A DNA stretch of 64,000 nt from Mobula hypostoma (lineage: Eukaryota). The stretch lies in the NCBI RefSeq assembly GCF_963921235.1, contig NC_086097.1, positions 189,970,001-190,034,000 on the forward strand, written 5' to 3'. The notes beneath the pieces were generated by a model. It did no database searches. It was not told where the DNA came from and was given only the letters and a program-made list of their open reading frames with translations. Position 1 is the stretch's first letter. Each line of letters opens with the position of its first letter. Below are positions 50,809 through 63,184 of the stretch, in pieces. Both the position numbers and the translations under genes were made by a program.

Positions 50809-52437
50809 CAACACACATCAAAGTTGCTGGTGAACGCAGCAGGCCAGGCAGCATCTGTAGGAAGAGGTGCAGTCGACGTTTCAGGCCGAGACCCTTCGTC
50901 AGGACTAACTGAAGGAAGAATGAGTAAGGGATTTGAAAGTTGGAGGGGGAGGGGGAGATCCAAAATGATAGGAGAAGACAGGAGGGGGAGGGATAGAGCC
51001 AAGAGCTGGACAGGTGATAGGCAAAAGGGGATACGAGAGGATCATGGGACAGGAGGTCCGGGAAGAAAGACAAGGGGGGGGGGGACCCAGAGGATGGGCA
51101 AGAGGTATATTCAGAGGGACAGAGGGAGAAAAAGGAGAGTGAGAGAAAGAATGTGTGCATAAAAATAAGTAACAGATGAGGTACGAGGGGGAGGTGGGGC
51201 CTTAGCGGAAGTTAGAGAAGTCGATGTTCATACCATCAGGTTGGAGGCTACCCAGACGGAATATAAGGTGTTGTTCCTCCAACCTGAGTGTGGCTTCATC
51301 TTTACAGTAGAGGAGGCCGTGGATAGACATGTCAGAATGGGAATGGGATGTGGAATTAGAATGTGTGGCCACTGGGAGATCCTGCTTTCTCTGGCGGACA
51401 GAGTGTAAATGTTCAGCAAAGCGGTCTCCCAGTCTGCATCGGGTCTCGCCAATATATAAAAGGCCACATCGGGAGCACCGGACGCAGTATATCACCCCAG
51501 TCGACTCACAGGTGAAGTGTTGCCTCACCTGGAAGGACTGTTTGGGGCCCTGAATGGTGGTAAGGGGGGAAGTGTAAGGGCATGTGTAGCACTTGTTCTG
51601 CTTACATGGATAAGTGCCAGGAGGGAGATCAGTGGAGAGGGATGGGGGGGGACGAATGGACAAGGGAGTTGCGTAGGGAGCGATCCCTGCGGAATGCAGA
51701 GAGAGGGGGGGAGGGAAAGATGTGCTTAGTAGTGGGATCCCGTTGGAGGTGGCGGAAGTTACGGAGAATAATATGTTGGACCCGGAGGCTGGTGGGGTGG
51801 TAGGTGAGCACCATGGGAACCCTATTCCTAGTGGGGTGGCAGGAGGATGGAGTGAGAGCAGATGTACGTGAAATGGGGGAGATGCGTTTAAGAGCAGAGT
51901 TGATAGTGGAGGAAGGGAAGCCCCTTTCTTTAAAAAAGGAAGACATCTCCCTCGTTCTAGAATGAAAAGCCTCATCCTGAGAGCAGATGCAGCAGAGACG
52001 GAGGAATTGTGAGAAGGGGATGGCGTTTTTGCAAGCGACAGGGTGAGAAGAGGAATAGTCCAGATAGCTGTGAGAGTCTGTAGGCTTATAGTAGACATCA
52101 GTGGATAAGCTGTCTCCAGAGACAGAGACAGAAAGATCTAGAAAGGGGAGGGAGGTGTCGGAAATGGACCAGGTAAATTTGAGGGCAGGGTGAAAGTTGG
52201 AGGCAAAGTTAATAAAGTCAACGAGTTCTGTATGCATGCAGGAAGCAGCGCCAATACAGTCATCGATGTAGCGAAGGATAAGTGGGGGACAGATACCAGA
52301 ATAGGCACGGAACATAGATTGTTCCACAAACCCAACAAAAAGGCAGGCATAGCTAGGACCCATACGGGTGCCCATAGCTACACCTTTAGTTTGGAGGAAG
52401 TGGGAGGAGCCGAAAGAGAAATTATTAAGAGTAAGGA
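50809..52437 (-). mobile_element. 5'-truncated young Penelope-like element with 13-bp TSD
   Basis: GVAMG, RYIDD and GIY-YIG; one frameshift; nearly identical to 31478-33100. TSD AATCAGAATCAGG at 50796-50808 and 52438-52450. Confidence 0.96.
50871..50906 (-). ncRNA. Canonical minimal type I hammerhead ribozyme
   Basis: AGTC-CTGACGA-AGGGTCTCGGCCT-GAAAC-GTC-GACT. Full CUGANGA/GAAA core, stem I AGUC/GACU, GUC cleavage triplet, palindromic ACGU stem III. Confidence 0.82.
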
Positions 52438-53429
52438 AATCAGAATCAGGTTTATTATCACTGGCATGTGACATGAAATTTGTTAAATTAACAGCAGGAG
52501 ATCAATGCAATATATAGTCTAGCACTAGCACAGAAAAATAATAATAATAAATAAAATAAAATAATAATAATAATAAACAAGTAAATTAATTACAGTATAT
52601 GTATATTGAATAGATTTTTAAAAATGTGCAAAAACAGTAAAACTGTATATTAAAAAAAAGTGAGGTAGTGTCCAAGCTTCAATGTCCATCTAGGAATCCG
52701 ATGGCAGAGGGGAAGTGCTGTTCCTGATTCACTGAGTGTGAGCCTTCAGGCTTCTATACCTCCTACCTGATGGTAACAGTGAGAAAAGAGCAAGTCCTGG
52801 GTGCTGGAAGTCCTTAATAATTGATGATGCCTTTCTGAGACACCGCTCCCTAAAGATGTCCTGGGTACTTTGTAGGCTAGTACCCAAGATGGAGCCGTCT
52901 TGCCTTCTTTATAACTACATCGACATGTTGGGACCAGATTTGATCCTCAGAGGTCTTGACATCCAGGAACTTGAAGCTGCTCACTCTCTCCACTTCTGAT
53001 CCCTCTATGAGGATTGGTATGTGTTCCTTCATCTTACCCTTCTTGAAGTCCAAAATCATCTCTTTTGTCTTACTGATTTTTGTGCCAGGTTGTTGCTGTG
53101 GCACCACTCCACTAGTTGGCATATCTCACTCCTGTACGCCCTCTTGTCATCATCTGAGATTCTACCAACAATGGTTGTATCAACAGCAAATTTGTAGATG
53201 GTATTTTAGCTATGCCTAGCCACACATATTGACAATAGCTAAAGCAATGGTCAGCAACTTATGTTAATATTCTGAAGCTGTGCATATTTATAGCCTTTGT
53301 TCACTCAGTGTCACTGGCAAACTTTCAAAGGTTATTAATAAGTATGTTGTTCCAGTGAGGACAGACTAAAACAAAGCAGTTAGTTTATTTTATTTCCTGG
53401 TTTTAATAGCATCTTGGTCTCTCCTTAAG

Positions 53430-53515
53430 CAGAGTCTTGATAAAGGGTCTCGGCCGAAACATCAATTGTTTACTCTTTTCCGTAGATGCAGCCTGGCCTG
53501 CTGATTTCCTCCTGC
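53430..53515 (+). mobile_element. Solo Penelope terminal-repeat fragment with a decayed hammerhead
   Basis: agtcttgataaagggtctcggccgaaacatc..tagatgcagcctggcctgctga. Confidence 0.75.
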
Positions 53516-55347
53516 ACTGAATCATATACTGCAACTGCTTTGTGGCAATGCAACACTGTGACAGACAGCTGGCAACATTCTGCTGAGTTTTTAATATGCA
53601 CTGCCCTGATGCAAACCCTGCAGAATGCTTACAGCCTGGCAAATTAATCCTTACTCTTTTGGTTAATGTGCCTGAAAGCTTTCATGAAGACATTGCAGTT
53701 ATTGCCTTGAAGAGTGACAAAAGCTCTAATATCATGAAGTATTTAAAGTAATTATGATTTGTAATGTAAGTAGTCATTAAAAATAAAGTTAGCAGTAGCA
53801 ATTGTTAACTTTAAAATAGGAATTGGGACGGGGTATCTTACAGGAATAATGCTGAAAGACTGTTTGAAGTGATAGATTGCAGGGTGAGTTGGGGTGAGGT
53901 GGGGAGGGTGAAGGGAGCAGGAGCTAGTATCAAGTTGCATGAATAAATTATTTTGTAATCAATGTAACTGACTCATGACATACAGAATTATCTGGCCTCA
54001 GGGTCATTTCTCAAACCGTTCAATTTAACTGCTGCCGAATAAGTGTCTTGACAAATTTTCCTATTTACCCATATCATTTGAAAGTTACATTTCAACATGA
54101 CATCCCAAATAGGAATTATGTAGCCCCAACTAATTCCTTTCCTTTTTTGTCAATTTGAGGCTCTCTACCTTCAGGCATTGTTTTTTTGCCTCTGGTAATA
54201 AGCATCCTGAATATTAATGCAAAAGAAGAAAGTTTCTAAGATGCACACAAAGGTTGCTCCAGGGTATCTACCATATAAGCAGAAAGATAAATTAAACCTG
54301 ACATCAATCACATGCAGCATTGGAAATCTGTCATTGAGGTGATGGTTTAAGTATGATACAAAGGACAGAGCTTTTGCAGATTAATATGTTTGATCTATAT
54401 GGCAATAGTTTGCATCTTTCTGAACATTTGGATTTATGGTATCTTCAGAAAGATTGCAATGTACTAATAGTACCTGAGATTTTGCTATATGCTTATATAG
54501 TGATTTCAAAATCAAAGTCAGGCAAATAAAAACTCTCTAACTATTAAAATAGTGGGATATAGCACAGAGGGTATAAAAGTTTTATATGAACATTATTCAA
54601 TATTTTAAAATTATACATGGAAATGCCAATTGTGAATATGAGGAAATTAAACATCTGAGCAGAGAAGTCAGTGTGCATGATGAGATATTATTACAACAGG
54701 CCTGCATCACTAATAAACAATAATTTTAATCAATAGGATTGACCAGAATTTTAACCAACATGCATGTTAAAGTACTAACATATCCACGATGTTCAAGAAA
54801 CTAGAAGTTTCAAAATCCCCTGAATGTAACTAATAAATTTGCAGAACACCAGTGCAATGCTACCTTAATGGAAATCTGATAAACTTAAACCAGAGCTGCT
54901 GCTATTTCAACCTAACTTTAGTGACTGACTTTCTGTTTTAGCAGTACATAACATTTTAAAATAAAATTCACAATCAAAATCTCTTCTTCGGCCACATGTG
55001 AACTATGTTTACTTTTACCACACAGTCAGATATCGATAGTTTAGTATTGAGTACAAAAAGGCACATACACAAGAATTTAGGGACAGTTTAGTTTCTATTC
55101 ATAAAATTATAAAACAACAATAGTCTCCTTACTGAAGAAGCAGAAGATTACTACTAACCCTTTTATGTTGTTGATGGCATAAGCTACTTATAATTATTTT
55201 TAGCCTTTATTAGTCTTGGAAACTCCTTAGCACCTAGGTCATTAATTCTGTTTCACTTCATTTGATTTATCAATTAGTCATTAAAATAGTGCAAATGCCT
55301 CCCCTACTTATCCACACACATATATCATGAAGTCATACTTCCCATTA

Positions 55348-55475
55348 CAGAATCATAGAATGAATGAAACAGGCCCACCATGATGCCTCTCTACATGAAT
55401 ACCAAACACCTGCATCGGGCCAATAGGCATCTGCACTCTTCCTATCCAAGTGGCTCTTACATATTGTAATTGGCT
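55348..55475 (-). mobile_element. Old CR1 tail fragment
   Basis: agaatcatagaa..aaacaggccc..cctatccaagt. Confidence 0.5.
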
Positions 55476-56189
55476 CTGCATCTACCACCCCCTTTCGAAA
55501 ATGATCGAACTCTTAGAAACAAGCTGAAAATTTACATTGGACTCCCATCCACAGTATTTATACCATTTTAAAAAAAGACAATGCAACAAATGAAAAGAAG
55601 GACCCTCCCCTCCATATCCTGTGGAAAATATCCAGGGCAGTGAATGGAATTCTTCCCAGTCTTCAATCTGCCACTCCAGTAACAACTCTGGCAAAATGCT
55701 AATTGACTAGCTATGAAATGATTTTTTTTTGCCAGGACAATGTGTTGAAGCACTGACTGAAAGAAAATGGAGTTTATTTCTATTCCTGGTGACCTCTTGG
55801 AGACAAGGGACAAGTGGCAAGCATCATTGGAAAATGAAAAACTCAATTGCCTTGAATGAACAAACTGGTGTTTGGAAACAGGCGAGTGGCATATTTAGTT
55901 AATTATAAGATGCGCCAAGCTGTGTTGAAGGCAACAGTCAAATTTCATAAAAGGATAATTGGCCGTCAGATAGTTTGCTTAGAGTACTGAAAGTTTGGCA
56001 TTGACAAGGAACTAACTGCACCTCCTGTATATTTACTGCTTCTTGCTGTTCTGGAGTGTAAATAGGCCGGTTAGAATGCACTGGATACAGCCCATGGGAT
56101 AAATGCTTAAATAGTGCTGGCCTAATAATTCCTGTCAGTGATAATTTGGGTATTGAGGAGTCTCATCAGCAAAGAATACTATGGATTGA

Positions 56190-56465
56190 ATTGTACCACA
56201 TGGAAACAAGCACTAATTCCATTTTATTTTCCCAACAATCCTATCAACTGTCCTCAGATTCTTCCACTCAAATATATACTTGGGGCAATTTATAATGTCC
56301 AAATACCCGAAGAACTCACATGTTGTTATGCTGTGGAAACCAGAGTCCCTGGTGGAAACTCAAGCAATCACGGAGTAAACTCCGTCCTTATGGAAGCGAT
56401 GATTGGACCCAAGTTGCCAGAGTTGTGAGATAGTAGCTCCAATAGCCATCCCACTCTGCCACCCC
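56190..56465 (-). mobile_element. Degraded V-SINE-like tRNA-derived SINE
   Basis: ggaaaccagagtccctggtggaaactcaagc resembles the reverse of the V-domain; tRNA-like head at the right end. Confidence 0.6.
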
Positions 56466-56684
56466 TGTCTTTTATAATCTTCATTTACCTAGTAGCCTAT
56501 TATTAGCATCATTAGGATTTTTATGAGTTTTCATTCCTAATGCTCTAAGGAAAGGAATTTCGGCATTTACTTTCCTGTTCAATGACAAATGCAATTCTTC
56601 CCATGCAGTTCGAATTGGAAAGTTAAGTTGGAAAAAAAAGGATCTACTGCTTGCCTCATCCCGGAAAAAAACTATCTATAAATA

Positions 56685-59600
56685 ATCTGTAAACCTGAAC
56701 CCGAAGAGGACCAATATTCTGGCGGGAAAGTTTAACAGAGCTGTTAAACTAATTTGACAGGGGGATGGGAACCGGAATGACAGAGCGGAAGAAGGGGAAA
56801 ACAGAAATAAATCTAAGATAGTGAGCAGTAAAGATGTCAGGAAAGACAGGCAGGTGATGGGGCAAATTTGTAGCCATTGGGATGAGTTGCAGTGCAATAA
56901 AGTTGCAGTGAAATCAAAGCGAAAAGTACCAAATACTGGTCTGAAGGTGTTATACTTAATTGCACGCAGCATAAGGAATAAGGTGGACGATCTTGTCGTA
57001 CAGCTACAGATTGCAGGTATGATATTGTGGCCATCACTGAGATGTGGCTAAAGGATGCATGTCTCTGGGAGCGGAACGTCCAAGGTGTATTGGAAGGACA
57101 GGAAGATAGGCAGAGGGGGAGGTGTGGCTTTATTCTTAAGAAATGATATTAAATCATTAGAAAGAGGTGATATAGGATTGGAAGGTGCAGAATCTTTATG
57201 GGTTGAGCTAAGAAATCGCAGGGGTAAAGGGACCCTGATGGCAGTTATTTATAGGCCTCCAAACAGCTGCAGTGATGTGGACTACAAATTACAACAGGAA
57301 ATAGAAAAGGCTTGTCAGAAGGGCAGTGTTATGATAATTGTGGGGGATTTTAACATGCGAGTGGATTGGGAAAATCAGGTCGGCACTGGATCTCAAGAGA
57401 GAGAATTTGTAGAATGTCTGCGAGATGGCTTTTTAGAACAGCTTGTTGTTGAGCCCACTAGGGAATCGGCTGTACTGGATTGGGTATTGTGTAATGAACC
57501 GGAGGTGATTCGAGAGATTGAGGTGAAGGAACCCTTAGGAGGCAGTGATCATAACATGATTGAGTTCACTGTGAAATTTGAAAAAGAGAAGCCGAAATCT
57601 GATATGTTGGTATTTCACTGGAGTAAAGGAAATTACAGTGGCATGAGAGAGGAACTAGCCAAAGTTGACTGGAAAGGGACATTGGCGGGAAAGTGGCTGC
57701 AGTTTATGCGAGAAGTGAGGAAGGTACAAGACAGGTATATTCCAAAAAAGAAGAAATTTTCGAATGGAAACAGGATGCAACCGTGGTTGACAGAAGAAGT
57801 CAAAGCCAAAGTTAAAGCAAAAGAGAGGGCATATAAAGGAAGCAAAAATTAGTGGGAAGACAGAGGATTGGGAAGTTTTTAAAGCCTTACAAAAGGAAAC
57901 TAAGAAGGTCATTAAGAGGGAAAAGATTAACTATGAAAGGAAGCTAGCAAATAATACCAAAGAGGATACTAAAAGCTTTTTCCAGTATATAAAGAGTAAA
58001 AAGACAGGTGAGAGTAGATATAGGAGTGATAGAAAATGATGCTGGAGAGATTGTAATGGGAGATAAGGAGATGGCAGAGGAACTGAACGAGTAGTTTGCA
58101 TCAATCTTCACTGAGCAAGACATCAGCAGTATACCGGACACTCAAGGGTGGCAGGGAAGAGAAGCGTGCGCAGTCACAATTACGACAGAGAAGGTGCTCA
58201 GGAAGCTGAATAGTCTAAAGGTAGATAAATCTCCAGGACCAGATGGAATGCACCCTCGTGTTCTGAAGGAAGTAGCTGTGGAGATTGCGGAGGCATTAGT
58301 GATGATCTTTCAAAAGTCGATAGATTCTGGCATGGTTCCGGAGGACTGGAAGATTGCAAATGTCACTCTGCTATTTAAGAAGGGGCCAAGGAAGCAAAAA
58401 GGAAATTATAGACCTGTTAGCTTGCCATCGGTGGTTGGGAAGTTGTTGGAGTCGATTGTCAAGGATGAGGTTACAGAGTACCTGGAGGCATATGACAAGA
58501 TAGGCAGAACTCAGCATGGATTCCGTAAAGGAAAATCCTGCCTGACAAACCTATTACAATTTTTTGAGGAAATTACCAGTAGGCTAGACAAGGGAGATGT
58601 AGTGGATGTTGTATATTTGGATTTTCAGAAGACCTTTGACAAGGTGCCACACATGAGGCTACTTAGCAAGATAAGAGCCCATGGAATTACAGGAAAATTA
58701 CACACTTGGATAGAGCATTGGCTGATTGGCAGGAAACAAGAGAGTGGGAATAAAGGAATCCTATTCTGGTCGGCTGCCGGTTACCAGTGGTGTTCCACAG
58801 GAGTCCGTGTTGTGGCTGCTTCATCAACGATTTGGATTATGGAATAGATGGCTTTGTGGCTAAGTTTGCTGAAGATACGAAGATAGGTGGAGGTAGTGCT
58901 AAGGAAACGGAGAGTCTGCAGAGAGACTTGGATAAATTGGGAGAATGGGCAAAGAAGTGGCAAATGAAATACAATGTTGGAAAGTTTATGGTTATGCACT
59001 TTAGCAGAAGAAATAAACAGGAAGACTATTATTTAAGTGGGGAAAGAATTCAAAGTTCTGAGATGCAACGGGACTTGGGAGTCCTCGTACAGTACACCCT
59101 TAAGGTTAACCTCCAGGTTGAGTCGGTAGTGAAGAAGGCGAATGCAATGTTGGCATTCATTTCTAGAGGAATAGAGTATAGGAGCAGGGCTGTGATATTG
59201 AGGCTGTATGAGGTGCTGGTGAGACCTCACTTGGAGTACTGTGGGCAGTTTGGTCTCCTTATTTAAGAAAGGATGTGCTGACGTTGGAGAGGGTACAGAG
59301 AAGATTCACTAGAATGATTCCGGGAGTGAGAGGGTTAGCATATGAGGAACGTTTGTCCACTCTTGGACTGTATTCCTTGGAGTTTAGAAGAATCAGGAGA
59401 GACCTCATAGAAACATTTTGAACGTTGAAAGGCATGGACAGAGTGGATGTGGCAAAGTCGTTTCCCATGATGGGGGAGTCTAGTACGAGAGAGCATGACT
59501 TAAGGATTGAAGGGCGCCCATTCAGAACAGAAATGCGAAGAAATTTTTTTAGTCAGAGGGTGGTGAATCTGTGGAATTTGTTGCCATGGGCAGCAGTGGA

Positions 59601-59784
59601 GGTCAAGTTATTGGGTGTATTTAAGGCAGAGATTGATAGGTATCTGAGTAGCCAGGGCATCAAAGGTTATGGTGAGCAGGCGGGGGAGTGGGACTAAATG
59701 GGAGAATGGATCAGCTCATGATAAAATGGCAGAGCAGACTCGATGGGCCGAATGGCCGACTTCTGCTCCTTTGTCTTATGGTCT
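56685..59784 (+). mobile_element. CR1 with the end of ORF1 and a complete but frameshifted ORF2 (young subfamily)
   Basis: LKVLYLIARSIRNK, YRPP, GDFN, SDH, PGPDG, YLDFQK and FAEDTK; tail ctttgtcttatggtct. Confidence 0.95.
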
Positions 59785-59859
59785 AAATTCCCAGAAAAGC
59801 AAATATGTACATATACAGTAGCTGAAAAATACACATCCATTTTCCTCGGCTTTTTGAGC

Positions 59860-60112
59860 CATAGAGCCATAGATTTGTGTAGCATAGAACAAACCTTCCG
59901 GTCTACCACAACCATGCTAAACTACATGCCTATCCATGCTTCTCCCAATTGCCACATCCCTCTGTATCTCATTCATTCAAGTAACTGTCCAGGTCCCTCT
60001 TAAAATGGCATTACTGTTCCTGCTTCCATCACCTCCTTTTATTCACATCCTTTCAGACCATTTCTGTAGTCCAAGTGCAGCCTAACCAATGTTTTGTATA
60101 ACTGCAACATAA
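59860..60112 (-). mobile_element. Old CR1 3' fragments
   Basis: catagagccataga..ccaagtgcagcctaaccaatgttttgtataactgcaacat. Confidence 0.6.
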
Positions 60113-60119
60113 TGTATGC

Positions 60120-60333
60120 TTAAAGTTCAAAGTAACTTTGGTATCAAAGTACATATATGTCCAACCCTGAGATTCATTTTCTTGTGGGCATACTCATTAA
60201 ATTTAATAACCATTACAAGATCAATGAAAAACCACATCAACTGGGTGCACAAAACACAAATTGTACAAACAAATACAAAAAGAAAGAAGAAACATTATTA
60301 ATAATAATAAATCAAATATATTATATAAATGTG

Positions 60334-60384
<51 letters not shown>

Positions 60385-60945
60385 GCAATAAATATTGAGA
60401 ACGAGAGATCAAAATTCCTTGAAAGTGAGTCCACAGGTTGTGGGAGCATTTCAGTGATGGGATAAGTGAAATTATCCACTTTGGTTCCAGACCCTGAATG
60501 GTAGAAGGGTCATAACTGTTCCTGAACCTGGTGGTGTGAGTTCTGAGGCTCCTGTACCTTCATCCTGTTGGCAGCAGTGGGAAGAGGGCATTGTCTAGAT
60601 GGTGGAGGTCTCTGATGATGGATCCCACTCTATATAGATGTGCTCAAAGGTAGGGAGGTTTTACCCGTCATGGACTGGTTCACATCCACTACTTTTTGTA
60701 GGATTTTCCATTCAAGGACATTGGTGTTTCCATACCAGTCTGTGATACAGCCAGTCAATATACTTTCCACCACACATCTATATAAATTTCTCAAGATCTT
60801 AGATGTAATGCCAAATCTTTGCAAACTCCAAAGGAAGTAGAGGTGCTGTTGTGCTTTCTTCATAATTGCACTTATGTGCTGGGCCCAGGACAGGTCCTCT
60901 GAAATGAAATTAAAACAACTGACCCTCTCCCCTCTGTGCCATGCC
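60120..60945 (-). mobile_element. Rex1/Babar 3' fragment
   Basis: EDLSWAQHI..KKAQQHLYFL..YRCVVESILTGCITDWYGN. Confidence 0.88.
60330..60382. repeat. (TG)n microsatellite
   Basis: Directly visible. Confidence 0.97.
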
Positions 60946-61189
60946 AATGAAGGCAAGCATACATCATGTCTTCCTCATCACCCAGTCTGCCTGCGTGACC
61001 ACTTTCAGAGAACAATGTTCCTCTACCCAAAGTCTCTCTGTTCAACAAAACTTCCGTGAGTTCTGCCATTCACTCCTTATGTCCTGTCTTGGTTTATCTT
61101 CCCATGAAGCATCACTTCACACTTGCTTTAGTAAAATTCTATTTACCACTTCCTTGCTGCTTTCCCAGCTCATCTATGTTCTATGAGAA

Positions 61190-61800
61190 AACCTACCTCA
61201 TTGTTCACCATAACACCATTCTTGTTGACATCTGCAAACTTACTAATCACACCTCCTATATGCTCATCCAAGTCATTAAAGTGACAAACAACAGAGGACC
61301 CTGCAGTGACTCCTGCAGCACACCGCTGCTTCCCATCTGAAAACCTGTCTTGCATTACAACCCACTAAGCACTTTCGTCAAGCCGATTTTGTTGCAGATT
61401 TGCTAGCCTACCATTGATCTCATGTATTTTAACATTCCACACCAGCATGCCATGTCGAGGCTACCGTTAAAATCCATGTAGATAATGTTTCCAGCCCTGC
61501 TATTGTCAAGGCTCTTCGTCACCTCTTCAAAAATCTCAGTCAAATTGGTGAGACAGGATCTCCCTCGTACAAAGCCACATTGACTGTCCTTAATCAGATA
61601 AATTTTGTCTCTCAGAATCCTTCCCAATAACTTTCTCACCATTGATATAATGCTCACCAGCTCTAGCTCTCTAGTTTATCCCTCTTGCTCTTCTTAAATA
61701 AAGGCACAACATTTGCTCTTCTCCTGCCTTCCAGTACTTCACTTGTGGCTAACAAAGATGCAAGAATCTCTCCCAAAGCACCAAGAATCTCTTCACTCTT
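61190..61800 (-). mobile_element. Old CR1 RT fragment
   Basis: ANVVPLFKK, DSQCGFVRGRSCLTNL, YMDF and ISKFADV. Confidence 0.85.
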
Positions 61801-62300
61801 GGATGCAAATATGTAATTTTTGTGGTCCACAAGAAATGTTTGCCCACTCACTTTTTATAGTGCTGTTAGGTTAAGTGAATAGTGGTGAGATCCTGATGAT
61901 ATAAAGAGTTACTGATATAATGGGGAATGTTTTGTACATCTTTGTGATTTAAAGTAGTTGCCTTTAGAGCTGTATATACTAAAACATACAAGCTGGGAAA
62001 CTCAATACTTGTCCAGAATATTTGTGTATTTCTCTTCAAATGTTTGAAAGCAGCAAAAATTATCAGGAATACAAACCTGATAATCTTTTCCCTCTTGAGT
62101 TAAACCAATCAAATATTTCAATTCATTTTAGGTACCTATCAATAAAAGAATTGTACTCCCACCAGGAACAAATCTGTCAACTTCAAATTGACAAGGGATC
62201 ATGCAGGATATGAAGAGCACTATCAGTTGCACTGGGCTATTTTCAACATACATCCAGTAATATACTCATAGCAGAAGGGAAATAACAGGGTTCTAAATCT

Positions 62301-62380
62301 TTTATCATTAGAACCATTTTGTTAGTTTATATAACCGTCCTCCAGTCATTGAAGAAACACATATTGGGGAAACTGTTGAT
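62301..62380 (-). repeat. Decayed 80-bp duplicate of 62424-62503 (part of the putative last exon)
   Basis: Direct repeat offset by 123 bp; the copy carries two stop codons in the minus-strand coding frame. Confidence 0.9.
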
Positions 62381-62396
62381 TATCTTATTTTGTTAT

Positions 62397-62519
62397 TTAT
62401 GAGTGCTGACAGTTGATCATGGGTTTATCATTAGAACCATTTTGTTCGTTTATATAACCGCCCTCCAGTTCTTGAAGAAACACATACTGGGGAAAACGTT
62501 GATCCAAGAAGGCAGAAAC
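62397..62519 (-). CDS. Putative terminal coding exon of an unidentified host gene (VSAFLDQRFPQYVFLQELEGGYINEQNGSNDKPMINCQHS*)
   Basis: Acceptor cacctgcag|GTT; phase 0 matches the upstream exon; non-repetitive sequence; ends in TAA. Confidence 0.62.
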   Translation of the reverse strand, partial: VSAFLDQRFPQYVFLQELEGGYINEQNGSNDKPMINCQHS

Positions 62520-63184
62520 CTGCAGGTGCATGAGCTGCATTTGTAATGATATGGCATTCAATAATTTCTTTGCATAATGACTGAAAATAAAATACCACAA
62601 AATATTTAAAGGAATGCTTTTAGACCACTAACAATGTTTTTTATAAATTACAAGGTAATCAATGTTGCCCAATTATCTTATTCTGGATAATATATTAGCT
62701 GTTCACAGCAGGCAAAGATTATAGTTGATAAATCCAATGTGCACACATGTGTGCTATAAATAGAAGCAGACCCTGGTGCATTGTGCATCAGCTATCACAT
62801 CGAAGCAGTTCAAGAATGATCAGTGCTTAGCACAACAAGATCAGCATCATAATTAACTTAACCTGTAGCCTGAGGCAGTGAACTTGTTAAACATTTACTA
62901 CTGACATTATCGTTGATCTGTGTATCTATATTCAAAATCACCTGCATTATTGTTCAATAGTCTTTTTTCATACAAAATCTCTTCATTTTAAATCAAACTG
63001 AAGACCAATTTGCAGAAAATGTCTTGATTATTCAACTGAGAACACAAAGACAACATCCTAAATGTACTCAATACCAAATGGTGTTTAGTTTCGTTAAAGA
63101 GAGAAGCAAAACACTCATTTTGTTTAATTTTTCAACGCAAATTGAATGTGTACTAACATGTAGAAATTTTGTGTTAGAAATTAC

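Larger units (their letters stand above)
50785..53230 (-). mobile_element. Rex1/Babar 3' fragment with internal deletion; its (GATTCT)n tail is interrupted by a Penelope
   Basis: YKFAVDTT, SKTKEMILDF, VERVSSFKFL and VIKKARR; AATCAG repeats on both sides of the insertion. Confidence 0.85.
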
